Source: TPA_inf: Saccharomyces (lineage: Eukaryota). From it: a stretch of DNA of 64,000 nt. Positions within the stretch are counted from its first letter, which is position 1, and every line of letters begins with the position of its first letter. The notes under the pieces are model-generated. The model was not told the DNA's origin. It ran no database searches and worked only from the letters and a program-made list of their open reading frames with translations. Positions 22,391-33,913 of the stretch are shown here, one piece after another. The DNA is taken from positions 128,001 to 192,000 of the forward strand of contig BK006943.2 of NCBI GenBank assembly GCA_000146045.2. Reading direction: 5' to 3'. The translations under genes were made by a program, and so were the position numbers.

Positions 22391-22960
22391 GATTGCTCAA
22401 ATTAGCATGTGAAAAAAAGATAACGAAATTATGTTCCCTTGCACAATGGCTGTTGCTCTTCACCAAAATTCTTCTTTCGATATATTCCCAAATCTAATAG
22501 TGAGAAATTTGTGTAATACCCCCAGTAATGGCCCACCAATTGTTTCCTTATATCTGTTTAGCATTGCGACTCATTCATTGTTCAGCCCAGAAGGGGTAAA
22601 TCTGAGGAGGGGGCATTGCTTGCAATGGTTCAGAAGGGGCGGTTAGGGTTAATAAAGCCATCGCGCTATTTTGATATTTTTATTAGGCCTTTTATATTTT
22701 TTTTAGTTTTTTTCTCCAAATCCTAAATCCTTTTTAGGTGTCATTTACGTGCAACGCGACAATAGTGATATTGTCATTCTTCAAACTTTTTGCAAGGTAG
22801 CTATTAAACATACCTACACACATACGTACATGCTTAACGGTGAGACAAAAGTAAAGAAAGAGACTTGAATGGGTTGCTGCATCTTAATAAGTTGAGTTTG
22901 AGGGCGAAAGTACACAAATATTCATCCGTATTGAAAATATATATATAAGAATATAGAAAA

Positions 22961-23626
22961 ATGAATGTTTCTACATCAACCTTTCAAACAAGACGGAGAA
23001 GATTGAAGAAAGTGGAGGAAGAAGAAAATGCAGCTACTCTACAACTGGGCCAGGAATTCCAGCTGAAACAGATAAATCATCAGGGTGAAGAGGAGGAATT
23101 GATTGCCTTGAACCTAAGTGAAGCCAGGTTAGTAATCAAAGAAGCTCTTGTAGAACGTAGGAGAGCATTTAAAAGATCGCAAAAAAAACACAAGAAGAAG
23201 CATTTGAAGCACGAAAACGCCAATGATGAAACTACGGCAGTAGAGGATGAAGATGATGATCTGGATGAAGATGACGTCAACGCTGATGATGATGATTTTA
23301 TGCATTCTGAAACTAGGGAGAAGGAGTTGGAGTCTATCGACGTTCTGTTAGAACAGACAACGGGAGGAAATAATAAAGATTTGAAAAATACCATGCAGTA
23401 TTTAACAAATTTCTCCCGATTTAGAGACCAAGAAACCGTCGGGGCAGTTATACAGCTTCTGAAAAGCACTGGGTTACATCCTTTTGAAGTGGCGCAACTA
23501 GGTTCTTTGGCCTGTGACACAGCTGATGAAGCAAAGACTTTAATTCCAAGCTTAAACAATAAAATATCAGACGATGAGTTGGAAAGGATACTAAAGGAAT
23601 TGTCAAACCTAGAAACACTCTATTAA
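22961..23626 (+). CDS. RPB4: RNA polymerase II subunit Rpb4
   Basis: 221-aa ORF, MNVSTSTFQTRRRRLKKVEEEENA.... Confidence 0.9.
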   Translation: MNVSTSTFQTRRRRLKKVEEEENAATLQLGQEFQLKQINHQGEEEELIALNLSEARLVIKEALVERRRAFKRSQKKHKKKHLKHENANDETTAVEDEDDDLDEDDVNADDDDFMHSETREKELESIDVLLEQTTGGNNKDLKNTMQYLTNFSRFRDQETVGAVIQLLKSTGLHPFEVAQLGSLACDTADEAKTLIPSLNNKISDDELERILKELSNLETLY

Positions 23627-23712
23627 TAACTGTATGTATACGTGTGTGTAACTAGTAATGAATTTTCACCCTGTGGAAGTTAGGCCTATTTAACAGGAAA
23701 AAGGACAGGATT

Positions 23713-24999
23713 TTAAATCTCGTCTTGCTCTTCTTTTAAGAAATATTTGCCGCTACCGTTTTTCCACCATCTCATCAAACAACTATGTGGGGTTATATCT
23801 ATGACACTTTCATCATCGCTTTTGCATCTACACCTCTGATCGAGCCTAACAGCGTAAGATGCTGGACAGGTGCCAAACGGTGAGTGAAAATAGCCAAGTT
23901 CGTCAAAATGAATGATTTCGTCAGGTCTCAGCAGTAGGGAGACACCAATTGAATGTACAGGTGCGTCACCCCACCTTTCGTAGTAAAATCCGCCCTTGGC
24001 ATCTAAAGTTTCAAAAAAATGCTTATATTCGTCACTTCTGAAGAAATTCAAGTCGCCAATCTCAAAATTCGACCAAAAATGGCACAAATTGTAGTCAGAG
24101 TTTGCTTCAACAACGGGATAATGCTTACCAACTAGCCCTGAATCGGTCAAAAATGCATAGGCACTGTCCTCTTTACGTAAAATGGTCTCTTCGCTGGCCA
24201 CTAAATACTCCTCTACCGCGTCCCATAAGGTTGGTATGGTTTCTTCATATTCATATAATGATATGACAAATCCGTATTTTTTGCCCTTCAATCTCATAAC
24301 TCTGAACGGGTCATATGGGAAATCGCAATAATACTTGACATTGGGTTCCACCCTAAAGTAGTAATCATAGTTGTCCAGTATTGACTGCCGGAAAAAAAAA
24401 CCAGAATTAAACCGACACATATTTCTATATGACTTGGATCCCCCATATAAAACACCCTCATCCTCCATGACTCGAAGTCTTTCTTCAAAAAGTGTATCGT
24501 TAATCCATTGCGGCCGATTCCAATCTTCTGGTGGTATTAAAGCATATTGGGTCTTCCCACTCGCCATTGATGTTGTAGCTTCAATGAAGTCTTGATCGAA
24601 AGGAACGTCATTTAGAAAAGTCCAATCATAATGATACTTGTTGTTAAATCTGTCCTCTAATGATCTCATTGAATCCAATGCCCCTTCTAATTCTGAATTT
24701 CTCACCAGCATTAAAATTGTTGCATTTTCTCGTAGGTGAAAAGAATCAGAATCATTCTGTCTGGTATAATTTAAAGTGTAGTCGTCGTAGCTATTGCGGG
24801 AAAGTTTTACTTTAGGAAAATAGTTTCTTCTTCGACTTGTATCATATTGTTCTTTTACTCTTTGGGAAAGAGCAGTATACGTACTGTCAATCTTTTGGTA
24901 TTTTCGTATGAGGAATAACTCTTTGCCAAAAATATAGATCATAAAGGTCCATATTGGTAAGAATATGCCAACGATGTATAGCGAGCCTCCTTTTGCCAT
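23713..24999 (-). CDS. YUR1: Golgi alpha-1,2-mannosyltransferase of the KTR family
   Basis: 428-aa type II membrane protein with an N-terminal signal-anchor and KTR/KRE2 family motifs. Confidence 0.85.
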   Translation of the reverse strand: MAKGGSLYIVGIFLPIWTFMIYIFGKELFLIRKYQKIDSTYTALSQRVKEQYDTSRRRNYFPKVKLSRNSYDDYTLNYTRQNDSDSFHLRENATILMLVRNSELEGALDSMRSLEDRFNNKYHYDWTFLNDVPFDQDFIEATTSMASGKTQYALIPPEDWNRPQWINDTLFEERLRVMEDEGVLYGGSKSYRNMCRFNSGFFFRQSILDNYDYYFRVEPNVKYYCDFPYDPFRVMRLKGKKYGFVISLYEYEETIPTLWDAVEEYLVASEETILRKEDSAYAFLTDSGLVGKHYPVVEANSDYNLCHFWSNFEIGDLNFFRSDEYKHFFETLDAKGGFYYERWGDAPVHSIGVSLLLRPDEIIHFDELGYFHSPFGTCPASYAVRLDQRCRCKSDDESVIDITPHSCLMRWWKNGSGKYFLKEEQDEI

Positions 25000-25503
25000 T
25001 TTAACAATTTCTGATGATAAACTTCTTTAATTTTGATAGCGACTTCCAAGCATTAGATTTGGAGATGATATGAATAAGCAGTGACAGATTATTTCTGCAG
25101 ATGAAAAATAAAGAGGCGTAGTACTTTGTCTTTAACTTTCCTTTATTAAAAAAATGTATAGAAAATTTCCAAAGCGACCAGTAAAACAGCTAGTTACTCT
25201 TCACACACAAAGAAAAGAAGAAAATGAAGGGGAAAGTGGTTATGTGGCAGGTATAGCGAATAAAGAATTTAATTAAAGAATACATTTAAAGCAAATTTTC
25301 AACACAAAATATTGAAGGAATAATCAGAAAATTATTTAATTATTGTACATATTATATATTCAAATATTTATTATGAAATATCCCTAACAAAAAGACAATA
25401 AAAGGATAATCAATAATAAAAACAAATATGGGCAAAATAATATCATATAGGGGGTCAAGATAAGATAAAGGTAATATAGTTATGGATTTCTTCTCCTTAG
25501 AGA

Positions 25504-26691
25504 TTAGTTCAACAAGGTAGCAATGTCGGATGGCAATTCTTCAATTTGAGTGGAGTAGAACTTTTCTAGTTCTCTCATAGCGCCAACGTCTTCGTTAGTA
25601 ACAAAGTTGATGGCAACACCCTTTCTACCGAAACGACCACCTCTACCGATTCTGTGAATATAGTTTTCTTTGTTAGCTGGTAAGTCGTAGTTAATAACCA
25701 AAGAAACTTGTTGGACATCGATACCTCTAGCCAACAAATCAGTGGAGATCAAAATTCTGGAAGAACCACTTCTGAATTCCTTCATGATGGTGTCTCTTTC
25801 TTGTTGTGGTAAATCAGAATAGATGGCAGAAACGGTAAATTTGTCGTTTCTTAACTTAGTGGTCAATTCTTCGACCTTTCTTCTGGTGTTACAGAAGATG
25901 ACAGCTTGAGTAACGGAGATAGAGTCGTATAAATCGGTCAAACACTCGTATTTGTATTCTTCTTCTTCAACATTAACGTAGAATTGTTTGATACCTTCCA
26001 AAGTCAATTCATCCTTCTTAACCAAAATTCTAACTGGGTTTCTCATAAATTTGGTGGTAACTTCCAAGACGTCATTTGGCATGGTGGCGGACAATAGAAC
26101 AACTTGAGTGGTTGGTGGAAGTAAGGTGAAAATTTGGTAGATTTGTTCCTTGAAACCAGAAGACAACATTTCATCAGCTTCATCTAAGATGAACATCTTG
26201 ATCTTGTCAGTTCTGAATCTACGTCTTTGGATGTTGTCAAAAACACGACCTGGAGTACCAACGACGATTTGAGCATCTCTCAAACCTTCAGCGTCTTCAA
26301 CAAAGGAAGTACCACCGATACAAGCGTGGACCTTGATGTCCATGTGGAAAGCCAAAGCCATGACAACCTTTTGGATTTGCAAAGCCAATTCTCTAGTTGG
26401 AGCCAACATCAAAGCTTGAGGAGCCTTGACAGAGGTGTCAATTCTTTGCAAAGCAGCAATGGAGAAAGTACCGGTCTTACCAGTACCAGATTGAGCTTGA
26501 GCCAAGACATCGTGACCTTCAATAATAGGCATGATGGCACGTTGTTGAATGGCAGATGGTTCTTCGAAACCGTAACCGAAAACACCTCTTAACAAGTTTT
26601 CGTCCAATTCCATATCATCGAACTTGTAGACGACCTTGTCATAGTTGGTTTGAATTTGGGATTCTTCAATATCAGTAATACCTTCAGACAT
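25504..26691 (-). CDS. TIF2: translation initiation factor eIF4A (DEAD-box helicase)
   Basis: From the ATG (complement of 26689..26691) the protein is 395 aa, [27 protein letters not shown]..., with [15 protein letters not shown] and HRIGRGGR motifs. Codon usage is strongly biased, as in highly expressed genes. I call it TIF2 rather than TIF1 from the flanking genes. Confidence 0.9.
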
Positions 26692-26984
26692 ATTGCAATT
26701 ACTATTTATTAGTTTCTTGTACACACCAGTCCTTTGTTTAGCGAACCTTTTTTTTTCCTACTATGTGTATTGGGATCTGCTGTTTCCTTCTCCTTGAGAT
26801 GAGATTTCTTTTATATATGATGCTGAAAAAAAAATAAAAAAATTTCGAAAAAAAGAAAAAGGTACGCAAAATCAACGCTTTCACCCGGCCTTTTGTATTC
26901 GTCTGATGTGACGACTGTACAGCTAATGTATACTATGTAGTAGTTTAGTTGAATGATTGATAGCTAAGAGGTAGAGGGATGGCA

Positions 26985-28127
26985 TCAGGTATCAGGCTTT
27001 GGGAATGCTCTTTGGACGCGGTCTAAATAATCCGTAGACTCCCAATCAAATTTAAAAGCAGATTGCGGCTTAGATGTCGGTTTCTCAATATCATGTTTCT
27101 CTGCAGTACTCTTCTGCGAAGCATTTCGATCTACTGAGGTTATATCCAGGTCAACGTGCTTTTGATTTTCTCTTTTACCATGATTCAACAGGTCTTGAAG
27201 ACAAGGAGGTTCGTGGTAAAAATTTGTCTCTGTTTCAATATTGCCCAATTGCAAGTGTGTGAAGTAGTTACTTAAGTGGCATTCACTATAAAGTTCACGC
27301 TGTGTACTTCTCCACAGCTGGTAATAGTGGTCGTCATAGTCAGTTGTATTACGGGACCATGGCTTAAACGTTCCAATGAAGTGAATAAGTCTGATGTGTT
27401 GTTGGAAAAAATTCATGGCTGGTGAAGACTGGTATCCGTAGTTGGGCATGGTTACGTTGTAGGTGAAGGGGAGGCGTATCCATTCCATGAGTGGAGACAC
27501 CTTATGCAAAACCTCTTTGCTGTAGTTGCAAATAGGATTAAAAAATTGATTGAAGATTCCTTGATCAGCACCATCAATCGATACAGTTTTAATCAAAAAA
27601 TCTTGTAAACTTGTTGCCATATCTAAATCAGGAATTAGTAGTAGTACACCGGTGTTGAACATGTCAGGCCATCCGATGTCTGGAACCGCAGCAATCTGGA
27701 ATCTTGTTTGTTCAGGGTATAATCGTAGGATTTCAAAAAATTCTTTATTTAATGGTAAAGTATCAGCATCTAAAAATAAAACCTGATCGAACTGCACCAG
27801 TTCCCACAGTCTAGCCTTGAGTAAAGTATGAGATAGCTCAGGCCTTTTCAACAGTTCAAGATTTGCCTTATTCTTCTCTATGCTCTTCTCTTGATCCTTT
27901 AGCGGTTCAATAATGATAATCTCTTTAAAAAGACTTCTAATTAAAGCTATTTCCTGAGGTTTAAACTCATCTCCAAACAATTTTTTTTCAATTAGCAGGC
28001 ATAAGGTTATCTCATCTTCCACTACAGCGTGTTTCAAGAGTTTTTGTAATTGGTACGCTAAAGTCAATGCGCCAGGTAAATAGTCCCGTGAATACAGCAA
28101 TGTACAGATGGCAACTTTCTTGGCCAT
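26985..28127 (-). CDS. GLG2: glycogenin glucosyltransferase
   Basis: 380-aa ORF with a GT8 glycogenin N-terminal domain (MAKKVAICTLLYSRDYLPGALTL...DADT). Confidence 0.85.
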   Translation of the reverse strand: MAKKVAICTLLYSRDYLPGALTLAYQLQKLLKHAVVEDEITLCLLIEKKLFGDEFKPQEIALIRSLFKEIIIIEPLKDQEKSIEKNKANLELLKRPELSHTLLKARLWELVQFDQVLFLDADTLPLNKEFFEILRLYPEQTRFQIAAVPDIGWPDMFNTGVLLLIPDLDMATSLQDFLIKTVSIDGADQGIFNQFFNPICNYSKEVLHKVSPLMEWIRLPFTYNVTMPNYGYQSSPAMNFFQQHIRLIHFIGTFKPWSRNTTDYDDHYYQLWRSTQRELYSECHLSNYFTHLQLGNIETETNFYHEPPCLQDLLNHGKRENQKHVDLDITSVDRNASQKSTAEKHDIEKPTSKPQSAFKFDWESTDYLDRVQRAFPKPDT

Positions 28128-28549
28128 AGCTCCGTAACAAACCTTACTTCTGATAGATATTCAAAAAAATGACACGATGTATAAGTAAAAAAATGCTTTT
28201 GGAGGTGGATGCGCTATCCTTGATCTACTCCCCTCATCTTTATATGTCATAGTAAGTGTAAACAAAACCCTTAACGGCTACCGCGCGGTGACGAATCAAT
28301 GCGATTTTGTTTTCGAACAGTGCTATTTCAAGGATAACGAAAAATCTACCTAGATTGGCACATCAGTGCCTTATTTTCCGTCTTTGCCTCTTGATATATG
28401 TTCTTTTTTTATTGTTCTTTTGTTATTGTAGTTGTTGCATGTACGTAAGTTATATATAGATTAAATATTGATAATATAATAGAAAATAAATGATAGGGAA
28501 ACGTTGAATAAACGACTTCCCCTCTTCTTTTTATTCAATATTTATCTTT

Positions 28550-28789
28550 TTAACGGGAGTAAGACCAAACGTTCTTCAACAAACCATCGTTTTGAGCCAA
28601 ACGGTTCAAAGAGTCATCGGATTCACCTCTGGATCTAACGTAACCGGACAAAGCGTAAGTGATGTATTCACCTGGAATGGCGCGGCCTTCTTCATCAACC
28701 TTGGCAACGTTGATTTGAACAGAAGCGTGGTCATCGGCTTTGATGATTCTGTTGGTAGCAGAACACTTTCTTGGAACATATAATTCAAC
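28550..28789 (-). CDS. RPS21B: ribosomal protein S21 (eS21), exon 2, codons 9-87 plus the stop
   Basis: The minus strand reads GTTGAATTATATGTTCCAAGAAAGTGTTCT...AACGTTTGGTCTTACTCCCGTTAA, which translates as [79 protein letters not shown]. It is preceded by UACUAG, a 3' splice site. Confidence 0.9.
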   Translation of the reverse strand, partial: VELYVPRKCSATNRIIKADDHASVQINVAKVDEEGRAIPGEYITYALSGYVRSRGESDDSLNRLAQNDGLLKNVWSYSR

Positions 28790-29249
28790 CTAGTAAAAAA
28801 AGAAATTATTCAATGTTAGTACATTTGCGCTTATATTCTTGTAAAATTATTCTGCACATGAATGAAAGAAAAGTTCTAAGAGTAGTTCTGGAATATGGAA
28901 ACCCACTAATTCGGAATTATGATGTCTTTTCAGCATATCTCTCTTGGGATTCCAATTTTGTCGTTAAAACGCCACATTTCTTAGAGATGTGTACTTAGAC
29001 CACACATGATAAAGTATCAGGTAACACTTGTGCCAATTTAAATGGGTTATTTGCATTTTCTTGAATTTGATGTATTACTAACCAATATGATTATAAACCC
29101 ATGTTGGTCCCACCCTATTTGTACCACTAATCTTGCACACTTAACTTATTATAATTTTATTTTTCTGTCGATGCTCCCTTGTCTGTCCACGCTTACTCAG
29201 TCCTCTTCTTTCTTCCTTTGCGCGCCATCATCTGCTATAATTTACGTAC
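28790..29249 (-). other. RPS21B: spliceosomal intron of RPS21B (460 nt)
   Basis: The 5' splice site is GUACGU (complement of 29244..29249), directly after exon 1. A UACUAAC branch point (complement of 28815..28821) lies about 25 nt upstream of the AG that ends at 28790. Confidence 0.85.
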
Positions 29250-29273
29250 TAATTGACCCTTATCGTTTTCCAT
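29250..29273 (-). CDS. RPS21B: ribosomal protein S21 (eS21), exon 1 (MENDKGQL)
   Basis: The minus strand reads ATGGAAAACGATAAGGGTCAATTA followed by GTACGT. It joins exon 2 in frame and gives the 87-aa eS21 protein. Confidence 0.85.
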
Positions 29274-29589
29274 TTTGGCTTATTGATATTCTTTTATTTT
29301 TTTATCAGATTTTTAACTGAAATTCCCCTTTAAAGTCAAATTCGTTAACAATGTTTATAAAACTTTCAATCCTATAATCCTCAATTACTAGTTCTTACAT
29401 TATACAGAGCCGAGATTCGCTTCAAACGGACCCACTAGCCAGCTGGTATGGTTCCCACCACCGATGAAGAGAACCAGAATAAAGGCAGTGGTCTCACTAG
29501 CGAACTCGCTCGAAGCGTGCCCACCAGCTCCCGGCGAGAGACGCGGCGAAACATAAAGCATTTATTTCATTCCTTAAAAGTTATGGAGA

Positions 29590-29617
29590 TGTATGGATGT
29601 ATAAAGTGTACGGGTGT
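29590..29617. promoter_or_regulatory. tandem Rap1-type sites in the RPS21B promoter
   Basis: TGTATGGATGT (29590..29600) and TGTACGGGTGT (29607..29617) each match the reverse complement of the Rap1 consensus ACACCCRYACAYM at 12 of 13 positions. They lie about 320-350 bp upstream of the RPS21B ATG, the typical arrangement for ribosomal-protein promoters. Confidence 0.55.
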
Positions 29618-30187
29618 AAACACATTGTCGTCAAAAGGTAATCTCCCCAGAAGTTTTCACTCCTATATAGAAACACGGATACAACCTCGATAGTGCTTTC
29701 TTTGTCCCATTTTATTATGCTACTTGTTGCATTATTTTTGGTTTTTCAAGCCTACGTTTTGGACTCTCAGTCCCTGATGCGGATAAGTATTTTACATAAT
29801 TTACGTTACTATGGCAACAGTACATATGTAGAAAAGTGAAAGAGAAAAAAAAAGAAGAGAGAACTTAAGTAGATGTATGTTCAACCAGCTATTGTTGGAA
29901 CCAAATATGTGCAAAATATCGCCAGATATTCATTTCACGAATAACAAGGCAAAAATGTTGCAAAAAATGTTTCTTAGTACCAAATTGAACTACTGCCTTT
30001 ATCATGTGACTGAACTACGCTTGGCTGTTTTGTTTTTCCCTCACCTTGCGCTAAAGTTGTCGTCACATTATAAGGGCAGTAAGAAAAAGCAGAGTTTAAG
30101 AAAGTTTGTTTACATACAACCATCACGTAGAGGAAATTCTTCAAACCTACCAGACCAGCGGACACAAGCCATTTGTATAGATAAAAA

Positions 30188-31417
30188 ATGGTAGATGGAC
30201 TGAATACCTCGAACATTAGGAAAAGAGCCAGGACTCTCTCTAACCCCAATGACTTTCAAGAGCCTAATTACTTGCTGGATCCCGGTAATCATCCCTCAGA
30301 TCATTTTCGAACTCGAATGTCCAAATTTCGGTTTAATATTAGAGAGAAGCTGTTAGTGTTTACCAACAATCAATCATTCACATTAAGCCGCTGGCAAAAG
30401 AAGTACCGTTCTGCGTTTAATGATCTCTACTTTACTTATACTTCCTTAATGGGATCGCATACCTTCTATGTTCTGTGTTTACCTATGCCCGTGTGGTTTG
30501 GATATTTTGAAACAACAAAAGATATGGTTTATATCTTGGGATATTCTATCTACTTGAGTGGTTTTTTTAAAGATTACTGGTGCTTGCCCAGGCCTAGAGC
30601 ACCTCCATTACATCGAATTACGTTAAGTGAATATACAACGAAGGAATATGGTGCTCCAAGCTCCCATACAGCAAATGCAACAGGAGTGAGTCTCTTGTTT
30701 CTCTACAACATCTGGAGGATGCAAGAATCTTCTGTCATGGTCCAACTATTGTTGTCATGTGTGGTTTTATTTTATTATATGACTTTGGTTTTCGGTAGAA
30801 TATACTGTGGGATGCATGGCATATTAGATTTAGTAAGCGGTGGGCTCATTGGAATAGTGTGTTTCATTGTTAGGATGTATTTCAAGTACAGGTTTCCGGG
30901 TTTACGCATTGAGGAGCATTGGTGGTTTCCTTTGTTTAGTGTGGGATGGGGTCTTCTTCTTTTGTTTAAACATGTTAAGCCCGTAGACGAATGTCCTTGC
31001 TTCCAAGATAGTGTTGCGTTCATGGGCGTTGTGTCAGGTATTGAATGCTGTGATTGGTTGGGCAAAGTGTTTGGAGTCACCCTGGTGTACAATTTGGAAC
31101 CTAACTGTGGCTGGCGGTTAACCTTAGCCAGGCTGCTGGTGGGCCTACCGTGCGTTGTTATCTGGAAGTACGTGATCAGCAAACCGATGATCTACACGTT
31201 ATTGATCAAAGTTTTCCATCTGAAGGATGACAGAAACGTTGCGGCAAGAAAAAGACTGGAGGCCACGCACAAAGAAGGTGCAAGCAAGTACGAATGTCCA
31301 TTATATATTGGAGAGCCCAAGATTGACATTCTAGGTAGATTTATTATCTATGCTGGCGTTCCATTCACCGTTGTAATGTGCAGCCCCGTCCTATTTTCCC
31401 TCTTAAATATAGCATAA
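30188..31417 (+). CDS. LCB3: long-chain-base-1-phosphate (dihydrosphingosine-1-P) phosphatase
   Basis: 409-aa polytopic membrane protein with PAP2/LPP phosphatase motifs ([14 protein letters not shown]). Confidence 0.9.
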
Positions 31418-31622
31418 AACAAAAGGAACAAAAAAAAAAAAATAGACAAAATGTAGTGTAAATGTATCCGTTTCTAAATTAAGTACTTATAAAAAAATAT
31501 GTAACTGAAAAAGTCATGTTGTATAAAAATTTGAGGCACCGTACCAGGACCCCAAAAGAAGAATAGGTTAAAGTCATCATCATTAATAAACCAGGAAAGA
31601 AAAGAGCATAATTAAGATACGC

Positions 31623-31847
31623 CTACAACTTTGGCGCGTGAGCCAAGTGTCTTCTGGTAGCTAGTGAGGCACTCAAGGGACCATATGTCTTGGCATTTTC
31701 TCTATATTCCTTAAAAGAGTTGAACGAGTTGCCCGGAGATCTCTTGAAAATAGTGCTGGCCATGGCGCTAGCGGCTATCCTTGAGACACCCGCGGAGGCG
31801 GCTGAAGAAGAGACGGCGGCGGCTAATCTGGTACTTTGGGCGATCAT
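31623..31847 (-). CDS. small mitochondrial protein YJL133C-A (about 8 kDa; I believe this is Dpi8)
   Basis: ATG-initiated 74-aa ORF, MIAQSTRLAAAVSSSAASAGVSRIAASAMAS..., with an Ala/Ser/Arg-rich presequence-like N-terminus. Size and position match YJL133C-A. Confidence 0.55.
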   Translation of the reverse strand: MIAQSTRLAAAVSSSAASAGVSRIAASAMASTIFKRSPGNSFNSFKEYRENAKTYGPLSASLATRRHLAHAPKL

Positions 31848-32618
31848 TTAATACGTTTATTTACTGTCTTATGAATGTAATATTTAAACTTGTGCGTAAT
31901 CATTAAAACAAAGGTGAAAAATCACATTAAACATCTCCCTACATTACTTTCGGTTTATTCTTTTATATGTGTGAAACTTTCTCTCTGCACCAGGAAGTGG
32001 TCATGCTTGATGCTCGGCTCCCACCGGAAAAACTAACTTGCGGGCGGGAAATTGATCCCTGAAGTCATGCCCCTCACCTTCATTCGTGGATCTTATCTCC
32101 AGAGCAACCAAATGTGGAAATGGCATGACACCCCCCCACACACGTTCCGCCCACTTTTTTTCAAATGTGTGACACACCCATACCCCATAATGTTGCACGT
32201 GACAGGTTTGTATCACGTGCTTCTTAGGGTTTTGTTTTAGGTCTGAGACATTTTAGGGTTTTTTTTCATCAAGTCTAGATCGTTTGTAACGAACGATTGC
32301 TCCTTTTTTCTTTTTTTTTTGCTTTTTTTTTATACTCACCGTTTACTGTCATTATGTCTCTCGAGAAACTGGGCGTGTGTGCTAACCAAGACTGGATCAC
32401 CTTTACATAGCACTTATTGCATTTCTTGGTGTTTCGTACCCTACAATTGACAAAAGTAATTTTGTCGTTCATTTCTTCATCGATTCTTTCCTCTTTCAAC
32501 AACTTCCTTATTTTATCTTGGGATCGTAACTTCACTTAATTAATCACGATTCCCATATTCGTTAACACCTCTTAAGGTTTGCTGTAAATATATTTATGTT
32601 ATAAAAAAAGAAGATATT

Positions 32619-33563
32619 ATGGTAGAAAACTCGTCGAGTAATAATTCAACAAGGCCAATTCCAGCAATACCTATGGATCTACCCGATTATGAGGCGCTCC
32701 CCACCCACGCGCCATTGTACCATCAACTTATAGCGGGTGCATTTGCTGGTATAATGGAACATTCAGTGATGTTCCCGATAGATGCCCTTAAGACGCGAAT
32801 ACAATCAGCCAACGCGAAATCGCTGTCTGCCAAGAATATGCTTTCGCAAATATCTCACATCTCTACTTCCGAAGGAACTCTAGCCCTATGGAAGGGTGTT
32901 CAGTCTGTCATACTAGGTGCGGGACCTGCGCATGCAGTGTATTTTGGTACGTATGAGTTCTGCAAAAAAAATCTTATCGATTCGAGTGATACGCAAACGC
33001 ACCATCCTTTTAAGACAGCTATCAGTGGTGCCTGTGCCACCACGGCATCTGACGCATTAATGAACCCATTCGACACAATAAAACAGAGAATCCAACTCAA
33101 TACCTCGGCATCAGTATGGCAAACCACAAAGCAGATTTACCAATCTGAAGGTTTGGCAGCATTTTATTATTCTTACCCAACCACCCTAGTAATGAACATC
33201 CCATTTGCAGCATTTAATTTCGTCATATATGAATCATCCACAAAATTTTTAAACCCATCAAATGAGTACAACCCCCTCATACATTGTCTGTGTGGCAGTA
33301 TCAGCGGATCGACATGTGCGGCGATCACAACACCTTTAGACTGCATAAAGACAGTACTGCAGATAAGGGGCAGTCAAACAGTTTCGTTGGAAATTATGAG
33401 AAAGGCGGATACTTTTAGTAAAGCAGCCAGTGCCATATATCAAGTTTATGGCTGGAAAGGGTTTTGGAGAGGTTGGAAACCAAGGATAGTGGCAAACATG
33501 CCGGCTACTGCTATATCATGGACAGCTTATGAATGTGCAAAACATTTCCTAATGACGTATTAG
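32619..33563 (+). CDS. MRS3: mitochondrial carrier family iron transporter (mitoferrin)
   Basis: 314-aa ORF with three mitochondrial-carrier repeats (PIDALKTRIQ, PFDTIKQRIQ, PLDCIKTVLQ). Confidence 0.9.
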   Translation: MVENSSSNNSTRPIPAIPMDLPDYEALPTHAPLYHQLIAGAFAGIMEHSVMFPIDALKTRIQSANAKSLSAKNMLSQISHISTSEGTLALWKGVQSVILGAGPAHAVYFGTYEFCKKNLIDSSDTQTHHPFKTAISGACATTASDALMNPFDTIKQRIQLNTSASVWQTTKQIYQSEGLAAFYYSYPTTLVMNIPFAAFNFVIYESSTKFLNPSNEYNPLIHCLCGSISGSTCAAITTPLDCIKTVLQIRGSQTVSLEIMRKADTFSKAASAIYQVYGWKGFWRGWKPRIVANMPATAISWTAYECAKHFLMTY

Positions 33564-33913
33564 TTGGTTCTTACATGTCATATTATTTTCCATTCATTTT
33601 GCATCTCAGAAGATTATGTGTATATTATCATTTTCCTGTTGTGACTTTATGTACATTTATATATACAAATTTAATTTGATAATCCCAAAGCTTGAGCTCT
33701 TTCCCTCAACGAAAAGTTTTCATTTTTTCTTCATTACTTTATATATCTATGTTTAGTATACCCAAAGGGTATTTCGGACGCAGGCAAGCTGCCATTATTT
33801 ATAGCGGAAACTCTAAGAGTGGTAAATCTATTTCTAAAAAAAAAAAAGATTCATTCAAGCGCCCTCCTTGGTTAGTTAGTTAGAAACATGTATTCAGAGG
33901 GAATTAAATAAAG

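Noticed and set aside
32160-32215. Rap1-like ACACCCATACCCC and Cbf1-type GTCACGTG (reverse complement of gcacgtgac) motifs between YJL133C-A and MRS3.
   Set aside because: The Rap1 match is imperfect at a key position. Neither flanking gene is a known Rap1 or Cbf1 target to my knowledge. These are single weak matches without supporting context.
32275-32535. 86-codon minus-strand ORF (65 codons from its first ATG, MNDKITFVNCRVRNTKKCNKCY...) immediately upstream of MRS3 and divergent from it.
   Set aside because: It spans the poly(dT) tract at about 32295..32330 that is most simply the MRS3 promoter nucleosome-free element. The KKKAKKKEK C-terminus is just that tract translated. It would leave only about 150 bp for a divergent promoter. 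I cannot recall any annotated gene here. The cysteine spacing (C-x7-C-x2-C) is probably coincidental.
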